Below are positions 8,160 through 17,681 of a stretch of 64,000 nt of DNA, piece by piece (position 1 is the stretch's first letter; each line of letters starts with the position of its first letter). The notes below the pieces were generated by a model that saw only the letters and a program-made list of their open reading frames with translations, ran no database searches and was not told where the DNA came from. The position numbers and the translations under genes are program-made. The stretch spans positions 20,779 through 84,778 of the forward strand of contig JAZNSH010000034.1 of the NCBI GenBank assembly GCA_045591115.1, read 5' to 3'. This DNA is from Clostridia bacterium (GTDB taxonomy: Bacteria; Bacillota; Clostridia; Christensenellales; QALW01).

Positions 8160-9542
8160 TTAAAAATTAAAATATTTTTTTGCATTTTCGTATGAAATGC
8201 CCTCAATAAGCTTGCCACAGTCCGGATCAAACTCACCATTTTCAACCCATTCACCAATTTCATTACAGAGGATTCTTCTGAAGAAATCAAAGCGAACGTA
8301 TGAGGTGAAGCTTCTTGAATCCGTAAGCATACCGATAAATCTACCCAAAAGACCTGCATTTGCAAGAGCATGAATCTGTGCTTTGATGCCATCAACATGA
8401 TCATTGAACCACCAAGCTGAGCCAAGCTGCATTTTACCCGGAACTTCACCTGAAAATGCTCCTGTCATTGCGGCAATCATATCGTTAACTGTTGAGTTAA
8501 GGCAATAGAATATAGTTTTGGGTAAGTTGCCTTCTTTATTGATATCATCAAGCATTCTTGCAAAGTGTGCTGCAGAGATAGGATCACCAACAACGTCTAT
8601 TCCGCTATCTGCACCTGTAAGTGAGAAAAGTTTTGAGTTAACGTTTCTTAAAGGAGCCATATGTATCTGCATAACCATATTCTTTTCAGCATATCTTACT
8701 GCGAAGAAACGAGTCATATAATCAGTATATTTATCAAGATCTGCTTGGTCAATCTTTTTGCCTTCAAGTACCGAACAAAATGCTTTCTTAGCATCTTCGT
8801 ATTCGCCTTTTACGGGAGGGATATAACCAAGAGCATGGTCTGCAACAACACATCCTGCTGAAACGAAATATTCAAGACGTTTTTCAAGAACTGTCAGCAA
8901 CGTATCAAAACTATCTATTTCAGTATTTTCTGTTGCACCTAAACGCTTAACGTAATCGAGAATATCATCACGATTAAGGCCGAAGCAAATGATATCAGGG
9001 CGGAAGGTAGGCAATACCTTTGTATCCATATTCTTCATAAGCTTATGATACTTAAGATCATCAGCAGGATCATCAGTGGTACATATTACCTTAACATTGC
9101 AATGTTTAATCAGCTCTTGTGATGAGAATCCGCCTGCTTTGATCTTTGCGTTGGCTTCTTCCCAAATGCCTTCAACGCTTTTTTCGGTTAAAGGCTTGTT
9201 GATACCAAAAAGCTGCTTTAACTCCATATGCGCCCAATAATAAAGCGGGTTATGGGGAGCATATTCAAGGGTTGAGGCAAATTTGATGAATTTATCCTTA
9301 TAATCTGCATTACCCGTTATAAATGTTTCATCAACACCGTTTTGACGCATTGCACGCCACTTATAGTGGTCGCCTGCCAACCATAATTCACCGATATTCT
9401 CAAAAGCTTTATTTTCATAAATTTCCTTTGGATTAAGATGACAGTGGTAGTCGATTATAGGCTGATTTTTAGCATATTTTTCATACAATTCTACTGCTGA
9501 ATTATTGTTAAGCAAAACTGTATCGTCAAAAAATTTTTTCAT
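8160..9542 (-). CDS. uxaC: Glucuronate (uronate) isomerase
   Basis: 460 aa with ...PIIDYHCHLNPKEIYEN... and the ...WWFNDH... motifs of UxaC. Confidence 0.9.
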   Translation of the reverse strand: MKKFFDDTVLLNNNSAVELYEKYAKNQPIIDYHCHLNPKEIYENKAFENIGELWLAGDHYKWRAMRQNGVDETFITGNADYKDKFIKFASTLEYAPHNPLYYWAHMELKQLFGINKPLTEKSVEGIWEEANAKIKAGGFSSQELIKHCNVKVICTTDDPADDLKYHKLMKNMDTKVLPTFRPDIICFGLNRDDILDYVKRLGATENTEIDSFDTLLTVLEKRLEYFVSAGCVVADHALGYIPPVKGEYEDAKKAFCSVLEGKKIDQADLDKYTDYMTRFFAVRYAEKNMVMQIHMAPLRNVNSKLFSLTGADSGIDVVGDPISAAHFARMLDDINKEGNLPKTIFYCLNSTVNDMIAAMTGAFSGEVPGKMQLGSAWWFNDHVDGIKAQIHALANAGLLGRFIGMLTDSRSFTSYVRFDFFRRILCNEIGEWVENGEFDPDCGKLIEGISYENAKKYFNF

Positions 9543-9553
9543 AATAAAATCCT

Positions 9554-10552
9554 TTAAAATATAATTTCGTTTCCTCTTGATTCATACATAGCCAAAAGAA
9601 CTTTAAGTGCTTTTGCTGCTTCCTCAACACCGATAGGCATATCTTCATTATTTTCAAGGCGACGATAGAAGTCGTTGAAAAGCATCATATGTCCAACACC
9701 CCAATAGCCTTTACCATCAGAGCTTGTTGCTGTATCATAAAGCTCTTGCTTCTTACCATCAATAAAAAGATCGTCATCAACAAGCTTTAACGTCATATTT
9801 TCACAAACAACTTCAAGAGAAACAGGTGAATCGGTATAGTGTGCTGTTGTTGCATAAAACATACCTTTTGCACCGTTTTTAAAGGTAATGTATGCACTTG
9901 CGGTATCTTCAACATCTATAATGTTTTTTAAGTGGTAATTTGCAGTCATAGCGGTAAGCTTTTCTGGAGCACCACATAACCATAACATTAAATCCAGCGT
10001 ATGAATTGCTTGATTTATCATTACGCCGCCACCCTCGGTAGCCATAAAGCCTCGCCAATGGCTATCCACATAATAGCTTTCATTTCTTGACCACAAAACG
10101 GATCCGTTTGCAAATTTAACAGTACCTGCTTCGCCTGAAGAAATAAGTTCTTTAGCTTTTTTATTTCTCAAAAGATATCTGTTCTGGAATGAAATGCATA
10201 TTTTTGCATTACTTTCTTTCTCTGCTTTTATAAGCTCTTCAACCTGTGTGAGATTGATACACACAGGTTTTTCGAGCATAACATTAATATTTCTTTTTAA
10301 AGCGGCAATAGCCATTTCACTGTGGAGATAGTGGGGGGTACACACGTGCAGAACGTCCGGCTTAACAGAATCAAGCATTTTAACGTAATCATCAAAAATT
10401 TCCGCATCAGGTGCATAAGTATTTTTTAATTTTTCTGCGCGCTCTTTTAAAATATCGCAAACTGCAACAATTTTTACATTGCTCATTTTTGATAAATAAG
10501 TTGCATGTGTTTGTGCAATTCCACCGCAACCAACTATAGCAGTTCTGAACAC
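9554..10552 (-). CDS. Gfo/Idh/MocA family NAD(P)-dependent oxidoreductase (332 aa)
   Basis: N-terminal Rossmann motif IVGCGGIAQTH, the family EKP motif (MLEKPVC), and a C-terminal alpha/beta domain. Confidence 0.85.
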   Translation of the reverse strand: MFRTAIVGCGGIAQTHATYLSKMSNVKIVAVCDILKERAEKLKNTYAPDAEIFDDYVKMLDSVKPDVLHVCTPHYLHSEMAIAALKRNINVMLEKPVCINLTQVEELIKAEKESNAKICISFQNRYLLRNKKAKELISSGEAGTVKFANGSVLWSRNESYYVDSHWRGFMATEGGGVMINQAIHTLDLMLWLCGAPEKLTAMTANYHLKNIIDVEDTASAYITFKNGAKGMFYATTAHYTDSPVSLEVVCENMTLKLVDDDLFIDGKKQELYDTATSSDGKGYWGVGHMMLFNDFYRRLENNEDMPIGVEEAAKALKVLLAMYESRGNEIIF

Positions 10553-10568
10553 TTTATTTCATCTCCGA

Positions 10569-11765
10569 TTAGTTATTATAGGTATTGGAAAGGTCTGCAG
10601 AGCCTGCTGCCTTAACTTCTTTCTTTACAACGGTTGAATTTTTGATTTTTTCCTGAAGTAGATCATAGAACTTCTTGCCATCAAAAGGAAGATCAATTGT
10701 TTCATTTGTCCAAGTTGAAAGAAGCATAGCGTTTGCAAGAGTAACGCCTTTAATACCGTCAGCAGCAGGAGCATAAAGTTCCTCAATACCGAGAACAGCA
10801 TCTGCAAAGTTGTTAAGAATGCCAACGTGTTGTGTATTTTCGCCTTCGGGTGTAAGTTCGATAACTTCACACTTAGGTGTTCCGAAAGGAGTATCTGCTT
10901 CAACAAGATGTTTGCTGATAGGTGTATCAAGCTTTTTGAAAGTAACTTTTCCGTTATCAAAAATGAGAGTTCCCTTGTCACCGGTAACTTCAAAGCGGTT
11001 AGTTCCGGGAGCATCTGCAGTAGTTGTAATGAACACGCCCGTTGCACCGTTGGGATATTCAAAGTATGCAGTTACGTCATCTTCAACTTCAATGTCATGC
11101 CATTTTCCGAAGTGACAGAATGCACGAACCTTATTGGGCATCATATCAGGAATCCACTGGAAAAGGTCAATGTTATGAGGAGCCTGATTATAAAGAACGC
11201 CGCCACCTTCGCCTGCCCAGGTTGCACGCCATCCGCCGCTGTTATAATAGAATTGATTTCTGTACCAGTTGGTAATGATCCAGTTAAGACGTTTAATTTC
11301 GCCAAGCTCACCGTCAGCAATCATCTTTTTCATAAGCTTAAATGCGGGGTTTGTTCTCTGATTAAACATAATACCAAGTTTTAATTCAGGATGCTTTTTA
11401 GCTTCCTCGAGCATTTCATCAACCTGAAGAGTATAAACACCGGCGGGTTTTTCAACAATAGCGTTCATACCGTTCTTTAAAGCCTTAATAGCATACTCAG
11501 GGTGGAAATAGTGGGGGATAGCAACAATAACAACGTCACAAGTTTTTGCGGCAATGAGTTCATCACCTGAATTATAAAAATTAATTGTGTTTATAGCATA
11601 GGGGTTATCGTTCTTAATAATAACTTTTGCGTTTTCAAGTTTTGCAGGATCAATATCTGCAATAGCTGTAACAATACCATTCTTAATTCTGTTGTTTATT
11701 AAATTTCTTAAGTGGCCTGAACCCATATTGCCAACACCGATAATACCAAATCTTACTTTTTCCAT
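10569..11765 (-). CDS. Gfo/Idh/MocA family NAD(P)-dependent oxidoreductase (398 aa)
   Basis: GIIGVGNMGSGH Rossmann motif, an EKP motif (IVEKPAG) and WRATWAGEGGGVLYNQAPHNIDL. The start overlaps the upstream gene by 13 nt. Confidence 0.85.
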   Translation of the reverse strand: MEKVRFGIIGVGNMGSGHLRNLINNRIKNGIVTAIADIDPAKLENAKVIIKNDNPYAINTINFYNSGDELIAAKTCDVVIVAIPHYFHPEYAIKALKNGMNAIVEKPAGVYTLQVDEMLEEAKKHPELKLGIMFNQRTNPAFKLMKKMIADGELGEIKRLNWIITNWYRNQFYYNSGGWRATWAGEGGGVLYNQAPHNIDLFQWIPDMMPNKVRAFCHFGKWHDIEVEDDVTAYFEYPNGATGVFITTTADAPGTNRFEVTGDKGTLIFDNGKVTFKKLDTPISKHLVEADTPFGTPKCEVIELTPEGENTQHVGILNNFADAVLGIEELYAPAADGIKGVTLANAMLLSTWTNETIDLPFDGKKFYDLLQEKIKNSTVVKKEVKAAGSADLSNTYNN

Positions 11766-12637
11766 ACTTTGTCTTCTCCTTCAACATATCCTAAATTTTT
11801 TAATATATCCTTAAGTGCGTTTACTGCCGCATCAAAAGATTCGTTCTGATTTTCGAAATGGAATTTATGCTTTAATTCTCTTGTATCAAGGTTGGAATAG
11901 CCCATAAAAGCGAAAAGATGAGGCTCTACAGAAACAAATGTTTCATCATCTTTTATTTCTGAGATCTTTGTGAGAACTTCTGAAATTTTACCATCGCCAT
12001 GTCCTGCAGGAACAATAATATGTCCGTCAAGACAAGCATCTTTAATATGAAGATACTCAATATAATTTTTAGTGTTATCAACAGCCCAAGTTATATCTGC
12101 ATCATCCATAATATAGTTTGCCGGGTCAAAAATACCTCTGATTCCTTTAACGCTTTCAAGAATATCCTTAACTTCTTCCGGTAAGCATCCGTAAATTTTT
12201 GCTTCATTTTCGTGGCAAAGAAGTACGCCTTCTTTTTCAGCATACTCAACCATAGCGTTAAGACGTTTCATAACTTCATCTCTGTAGTCTCTGGCTTTTT
12301 CACCTTCGGGAATAAAGAAGCTGAACATACGGATATTCTTTGTTCCAAGAATCTGTGCAGTTTTTACTGCCTTCTTAAAACGCTCAAAATGAGGCTGAAA
12401 ATCATCAACAATATTGTATTTGCCAATAGGGGAGCCGATAGAAGAAACTTTGATATTTGCTTCCTTTAATTGTTTCGCAATCTCTTTGAGCTCCTCTTCA
12501 GAATAATCAATAATACATTTGCCCGCAACGTTTCGAACTTCGATATAACCCATATTATTGCGTTTAAGTGCGGCAATCTGACCCTGAAGGTCACCGGCTG
12601 CTTCGTCGGCAAAGCCTGATATAATGTATTTTGCCAT
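11753..12637 (-). CDS. Sugar phosphate isomerase/epimerase (xylose isomerase-like TIM barrel)
   Basis: About 295 aa with an alternating beta/alpha pattern and conserved HENE / H.KD / EPH metal-ligand-like motifs (LCHENEAKIY, LHIKD, SVEPH). The start at MAKYII (12637) is preferred over the track start at 12649. Confidence 0.8.
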   Translation of the reverse strand: MAKYIISGFADEAAGDLQGQIAALKRNNMGYIEVRNVAGKCIIDYSEEELKEIAKQLKEANIKVSSIGSPIGKYNIVDDFQPHFERFKKAVKTAQILGTKNIRMFSFFIPEGEKARDYRDEVMKRLNAMVEYAEKEGVLLCHENEAKIYGCLPEEVKDILESVKGIRGIFDPANYIMDDADITWAVDNTKNYIEYLHIKDACLDGHIIVPAGHGDGKISEVLTKISEIKDDETFVSVEPHLFAFMGYSNLDTRELKHKFHFENQNESFDAAVNALKDILKNLGYVEGEDKVWKK

Positions 12638-13416
12638 TATTTTACCCATCCTTTCTTTTTAAGACCTTCAATACTTTTTTTCATTTCATTTAAACTATCA
12701 CCTGATTGAGGAGCATTATCCTGCTCAACATATGCAACAAGTGTGTTTGTCTTATTAAGTGCTTCAATTATGTAATCAATAGGTGTATCTCCTGTATACA
12801 AGGGAGTAATTTGATCAACAATTTTTCCATCGACTTCAATTTTCTTTTTAAAGTCTTTAAGATGGACGTATATAAGGCGATCAGCAAATCTTTCAATATC
12901 TTCCTTTATATCACATGAATTTGCAAGGTCTGCCCAGCCTGTATCAAGAATAATTTTCCAATCGGTTTTATTATAAATTTCATCAATAGTACGATTTCCA
13001 ACTTCACCAACAAATTCAAAAGCGTGGTTATGATAACCAAATGTAAGACCTGCCTCGTTTATTTTTTTGATAGCAGGGGACATATCTGCAATCATTTTAT
13101 CAACATCAACAGGGCCCGTTCCATTGGGACGATACTCCCAACCACCACCAATACCAACCATATCTGCACCCATTATTTTATGTTTTTTTATAACTTCGTC
13201 AGTATTGTTAATTATTTCTGAGATAGATGTATGCGTAAGGCCGATATGTAATCCATTTTTGTCAGCCTCTTCGCGTACTACTTCAGCATCGTAAGGAAAA
13301 CCACTTACCTGTACAGAAACGTAACCTTGATTTTTTAACTCTGCAAATGTTGCTTTTATGCTCTCGGCATCACCACAACAATCTCTTACAGAATATAATT
13401 GTGCGCCAATTTTCAT
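12637..13416 (-). CDS. Sugar phosphate isomerase/epimerase (xylose isomerase-like TIM barrel)
   Basis: About 259 aa: MKIGAQLYSVRD..., YHNHAFEF, LDTGW, VHLKD. The ATG at 13416 lies 6 nt after GAGGTG. The GTG start in the track is part of that SD. Confidence 0.8.
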   Translation of the reverse strand: MKIGAQLYSVRDCCGDAESIKATFAELKNQGYVSVQVSGFPYDAEVVREEADKNGLHIGLTHTSISEIINNTDEVIKKHKIMGADMVGIGGGWEYRPNGTGPVDVDKMIADMSPAIKKINEAGLTFGYHNHAFEFVGEVGNRTIDEIYNKTDWKIILDTGWADLANSCDIKEDIERFADRLIYVHLKDFKKKIEVDGKIVDQITPLYTGDTPIDYIIEALNKTNTLVAYVEQDNAPQSGDSLNEMKKSIEGLKKKGWVK

Positions 13417-13551
13417 AATAATCACCTCAAATTTTTTGTTGTAATTTTCTACAAAATGTATTATACTATATTTGATAAAAAAATGACATTGTTAATAATG
13501 CTGTTTTTTTGAAAATTTCTCGAAAAATTTCAATGTTTTAAGGATTTTTTT

Positions 13552-14361
13552 ATGGAAAAAAGTAATCATATTCGTTTTAAAGGCTTTTATTATCATCATA
13601 CTTGTGATGAAAATCCTTCTCCAACAGAGTTTTCACGTCATTGCCACAATATGTATGAAATAATTTACATAAAAAGAGGTAACGGAACGTTTTATGTTGA
13701 GGGTTCAAAATATACAATATATCCGGGATGTTTGCTTGTGTTCAGACCTCGCGAATTTCATTGTGTAAACGTATCTTCAAAAACACCATATGAGAGGTTA
13801 GTCGTTCATTTTGATGAATCAACGGTGTTTGAAAATGCTGCATTGTTGCTTGATATATTTCATAACAGAGAATTGGGTGTTAATAACATTTATCCTGATA
13901 TTAAACAAAATATTTCTCTAACATTTGAACGTATTTCATCTTGTTCGGAGTTGAATGAGCCTGAGCGCTCAATTATGGCAAAGCTGATTTTAAACGAACT
14001 GCTTGTTGTTTTACATAATGAATTTGCAACGAATCCTGAAAACGAAACGGGTGAAAAGTTAATAACGAGGATTGTTAACTATATTAACGAAAACATATCT
14101 ACTCAATTTAGACTTGAAGAACTTGCCGATAAATTTTTTATCAGTAAATATCATTTAGGGCATATGTTCAAAAAGCATACCGGATTACCTGTGATGGAAT
14201 ATATTATTCGCAAACGCGTTGTGATGGCACAACAGCTTATTTCTGAGGGTTGCCAAGCGTCAACAGCTGCTACAATGAGCGGTTTTAATGATTATTCTGC
14301 ATTCTACCGAGCATACACAAAATATATTGGAACAAAGCCCTCAGGTGAACTTGCAAAATAG
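13552..14361 (+). CDS. AraC family transcriptional regulator (cupin sensor domain plus HTH)
   Basis: N-terminal cupin-like region (HCHNMYEIIYIKRGNGTFYVEG) and a C-terminal AraC double HTH (FISKYHLGHMFKKHTG...GFNDYSAFYRAYTKYIG). It is divergent from the seven-gene sugar operon. Confidence 0.85.
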   Translation: MEKSNHIRFKGFYYHHTCDENPSPTEFSRHCHNMYEIIYIKRGNGTFYVEGSKYTIYPGCLLVFRPREFHCVNVSSKTPYERLVVHFDESTVFENAALLLDIFHNRELGVNNIYPDIKQNISLTFERISSCSELNEPERSIMAKLILNELLVVLHNEFATNPENETGEKLITRIVNYINENISTQFRLEELADKFFISKYHLGHMFKKHTGLPVMEYIIRKRVVMAQQLISEGCQASTAATMSGFNDYSAFYRAYTKYIGTKPSGELAK

Positions 14362-14396
14362 AATTTTGTGAACGTTTTGAGAAAAATAAATAAAAA

Positions 14397-14428
14397 AAGC
14401 GCTCTTTTTGTAGTGAGCGCTTATTTTT
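14397..14428 (+). terminator. Rho-independent terminator
   Basis: AAGCGCTC / GAGCGCTT stem with a 10-nt loop, followed by TTATTTTTA. Confidence 0.7.
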
Positions 14429-14487
14429 ATCTTGACACGAAAAAGTTTTTATTATAATATTGTATTTGCTTTATATAATGGAAAGGT

Positions 14488-15594
14488 GTGATCAGCATTT
14501 TATCAAATGATGAATTTTTCTGGTTGTATGTAAATAACAGAGAAAAAATGAATGCTTTGCAGTTTTCCAAGTTATACTTTAAGTATCAGACGAAAGATGC
14601 ACTGATTAACGCATTACTTCGCGGAGAAATTTCTTTTTCACAATTAGGCAAAACTGAAATTTTAAATGATACGTGGAAGACACAATGCTATAAGCTTGTT
14701 GATTATATGGATAAAAGGAATATCCGTGTTATATTTTATTCATCGGATAAATATCCCATACAATTAAGAGATATTGATTCACCTCCACCGATTTTGTATT
14801 ATATTGGAGATTTTTCTCTAACAGAAAATAATTGTGTTGCTATTGTAGGCTCAAGAGTATCTTCGTCCTATGGAAGAAAATGCACTGAAAGCTTTGCAGC
14901 TGAGTTTGCTAAACACGAAATTTGCGTTATATCAGGAATGGCTGAAGGAATTGATTCGTTTGCACAATGGTCTGCACTCAATAATGGCGGAACGACAATT
15001 GCAGTTCTTGCAGGTGGAGTTGATTATATCTATCCTGCATCAAACACATCTCTTTATAATGAAATTTGTGCAAAAGGTCTTGTTGTAAGTGAATTTCCTT
15101 TGAGCGAACAACCTCAGAAAAATAATTTTCCATACAGAAACAGATTGATCATTGGGCTTTCTCAGTGTCTTGTTGTAACCGAAGCAGGTATGCCAAGCGG
15201 AACAATGTCAACGGTTGATTTTGCTCTTGACCAAGGCAAAGAGGTTTTTGCAGTTCCGGGAAGTATTAATTCACCGACAAGTGCAGGAACGAATTATTTG
15301 ATTAAAAACGGTTGCCCTTGCGCCATTGATCCATATGATATAATGTCAATCTTCGGTAAATTCAAGGTTGATAAAAGTGATGGACCTATTCCTGATGACG
15401 ATGATCTTGACGATTTACAGAAAGATATTTTGAAAGTTCTTCATATTGAGGATTTATCCTTTGAGGAAATAGAGGAAGCACTTAATGTAGATACAGATCA
15501 ATTAAATATGGCGCTTACAATGTTAGAAATATGCGGGTATGTTGAACAAGATGCCGGCAGAATATATTCATCAAAAATAAAGGCGGAAATTTAA
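14488..15594 (+). CDS. dprA: DNA-processing protein DprA (Smf)
   Basis: Rossmann-like core VAIVGSRVSSSYGRK...ISGMAEGIDS...VVTEAG..SGT and a C-terminal winged-helix tail. It lies immediately upstream of topA, as in Bacillus. Confidence 0.85.
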   Translation: MISILSNDEFFWLYVNNREKMNALQFSKLYFKYQTKDALINALLRGEISFSQLGKTEILNDTWKTQCYKLVDYMDKRNIRVIFYSSDKYPIQLRDIDSPPPILYYIGDFSLTENNCVAIVGSRVSSSYGRKCTESFAAEFAKHEICVISGMAEGIDSFAQWSALNNGGTTIAVLAGGVDYIYPASNTSLYNEICAKGLVVSEFPLSEQPQKNNFPYRNRLIIGLSQCLVVTEAGMPSGTMSTVDFALDQGKEVFAVPGSINSPTSAGTNYLIKNGCPCAIDPYDIMSIFGKFKVDKSDGPIPDDDDLDDLQKDILKVLHIEDLSFEEIEEALNVDTDQLNMALTMLEICGYVEQDAGRIYSSKIKAEI

Positions 15595-17681
15595 TGGCTA
15601 AATTAATGATCGTGGAATCACCACACAAAGCAAAAACTATCAGTAAATTCTTAGGCAAGGATTATAAAATTTTTGCAAGCGTAGGTCACATTATTGATCT
15701 TCCCAAAAGCAAAATCGGTATTAAAATTGAAGATAATTTTCAGCCTCAGTATACTTTGATCTCATCAAAAAAAGAACTTGCAAATGAGTTGAAGGATGCG
15801 GCATTAAAGGCTGATGAAATATATCTTGCAACTGACCCTGATAGAGAAGGAGAAGCAATTTCGTGGCATCTTGCAAGCTTATTGAAGCTTCCTGAAACTG
15901 CTTGTTGCAGAGTTGTTTTCAATGAAGTTACAAAAAAATGTGTAACCAATGCCCTTGAAAATCCAAGAACAATTGATCTTGATCTTGTAAATGCACAGCA
16001 AGCACGCCGAATATTAGATAGACTTGTAGGTTATCAGATAAGTCCGATTTTATGGCATAAGATAAAGAGCGGTCTTAGTGCTGGACGAGTTCAATCAGCC
16101 GTTACAAAAATGGTTGTTGACAGAGAAAGAGAAATTGAGAGTTTTGTTCCTGAAGAATATTGGGAGCTTGATTCCGTTTTCTCAACAATAAAACCAAAAA
16201 AGAAGTTTAATGCACATTTTTATGGAGATGTAAACGGTAAAATTGATTTAAAAAATGAAACTGAAGTTCAAAACATTATAAATGAACTTGAAAACGCAAA
16301 GTATTTTGTAACTGAGTATAAAGAAGGCGTTAAAAGTCATAATCCACAACCTCCTTTTACTACAAGCGTTCTTCAACAGGATGCTTCAAGAAAGCTCGGT
16401 TTTACCACCAAAAAAACAATGATGCTTGCTCAGCAGCTTTATGAAGGTGTTGAAATTGAAGGTGTCGGCGCAATAGGTCTTGTAACCTATATTCGTACAG
16501 ATTCAGTTCGTATTGCTGATGAAGCCGTTGTTGAAGTTAGAAATTATATTAAGAATAATTTTGATGCTAAATATCTTCCAAACAAACCTAATGTATTCAA
16601 AACAAAGAAAAATATTCAGGATGCTCACGAGGCAATAAGACCCGTCAGCACAGAACTTACACCTGAAAAAGTTAAAAACAGTCTTACAAATGATCAGTAT
16701 AAGTTATATAAGCTTATTTTTGATAGATTTGTATCCTGCCAGATGGCACCTGCAAAGTATTCGACTATTAACGTTATAATCACTGCAAACGATAAGTATG
16801 TATTTAAAGCCAGCTCATCCAAAAAAGTTTTTGATGGCTTTATGGCAGTGTATGTTTCTGATAAAGATGAAGAGGTTAAGGCAACATTGCCTGAATTAAC
16901 GATTGGCGAAGAAGTAATGCATCTTTCCTTTGAAAACGAACAGCATTTTACACAGCCTCCGTTAAGATACAATGAAGCATCTCTTGTTAAAGAAATGGAA
17001 GTTAAGGGAATAGGCAGACCAAGTACCTATGCACAGACTGTTTCAACCATTCTTGACCGTGATTACATTGAGCGAGATAAGAAGACATTAAAGCCCACAA
17101 CTCTTGGAGTGTGTGTAACTGATATGATGGCTGAAAACTTCCCTGATATAGTAGATCTTAAGTTTACCGCATCAATGGAAGAAAAGCTTGATGACATCGA
17201 AAACGGAAATAAAGATTGGATAAAGGTTATATCGGATTTCTATGGACCTTTCAAGAAAACTCTTGATAAGGCAAGCCAAATAGAACGTGTTAAGGTTCCT
17301 GTTGTTGAAACTGAAGAGCTTTGCCCAAACTGTGGCTCAAAGATGGTAATAAGAAGCGGTAAATTCGGCAAATTCCTTGCTTGTCCCAATTACCCGCAAT
17401 GTAAAACAACAAAGCCTTTACCTGCTGATGAGGTAACTGTTCCATGCCCCAAATGCGGAGGAAAGCTTGTTCAGAGAATATCAAAGAAGGGTAAGAAATT
17501 TTTCGGATGCTCAAACTATCCTGAGTGCGATTTTGCATCGACGGGACTTCCTACCGGTGAAACTTGCCCTCAGTGCGGTGGATTTTTGATCAGAGGTTTT
17601 AAAGGAAAAATTCTTTGCAACAATTTTAATTGCAAATATATAAAAACACAGAAAAAAGAACCCGATAAAGAGAGTGAATAA
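15594..17681 (+). CDS. topA: DNA topoisomerase I
   Basis: 695 aa with a TOPRIM N-terminus (LMIVESPHKAKTI), the active-site region YIRTDS, and three C-terminal Cys4 zinc ribbons. Confidence 0.95.
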   Translation: MAKLMIVESPHKAKTISKFLGKDYKIFASVGHIIDLPKSKIGIKIEDNFQPQYTLISSKKELANELKDAALKADEIYLATDPDREGEAISWHLASLLKLPETACCRVVFNEVTKKCVTNALENPRTIDLDLVNAQQARRILDRLVGYQISPILWHKIKSGLSAGRVQSAVTKMVVDREREIESFVPEEYWELDSVFSTIKPKKKFNAHFYGDVNGKIDLKNETEVQNIINELENAKYFVTEYKEGVKSHNPQPPFTTSVLQQDASRKLGFTTKKTMMLAQQLYEGVEIEGVGAIGLVTYIRTDSVRIADEAVVEVRNYIKNNFDAKYLPNKPNVFKTKKNIQDAHEAIRPVSTELTPEKVKNSLTNDQYKLYKLIFDRFVSCQMAPAKYSTINVIITANDKYVFKASSSKKVFDGFMAVYVSDKDEEVKATLPELTIGEEVMHLSFENEQHFTQPPLRYNEASLVKEMEVKGIGRPSTYAQTVSTILDRDYIERDKKTLKPTTLGVCVTDMMAENFPDIVDLKFTASMEEKLDDIENGNKDWIKVISDFYGPFKKTLDKASQIERVKVPVVETEELCPNCGSKMVIRSGKFGKFLACPNYPQCKTTKPLPADEVTVPCPKCGGKLVQRISKKGKKFFGCSNYPECDFASTGLPTGETCPQCGGFLIRGFKGKILCNNFNCKYIKTQKKEPDKESE

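Noticed and set aside
10625-11384. Several antisense or out-of-frame ORFs of 77-185 aa inside the 398-aa Gfo/Idh/MocA gene. Similar ones occur inside uxuA, the sigma gene, hslU and others.
   Set aside because: These are typical shadow ORFs with low-complexity translations. They are fully contained in genes with clear family motifs.
13439-13454. The palindrome TTGTAattttcTACAA in the 5' UTR of the seven-gene sugar operon, considered as a cre/CcpA or LacI-type operator.
   Set aside because: It has only 5-bp arms and lacks the central CG of the cre consensus (TGWAANCGNTNWCA). The evidence is too weak to call.
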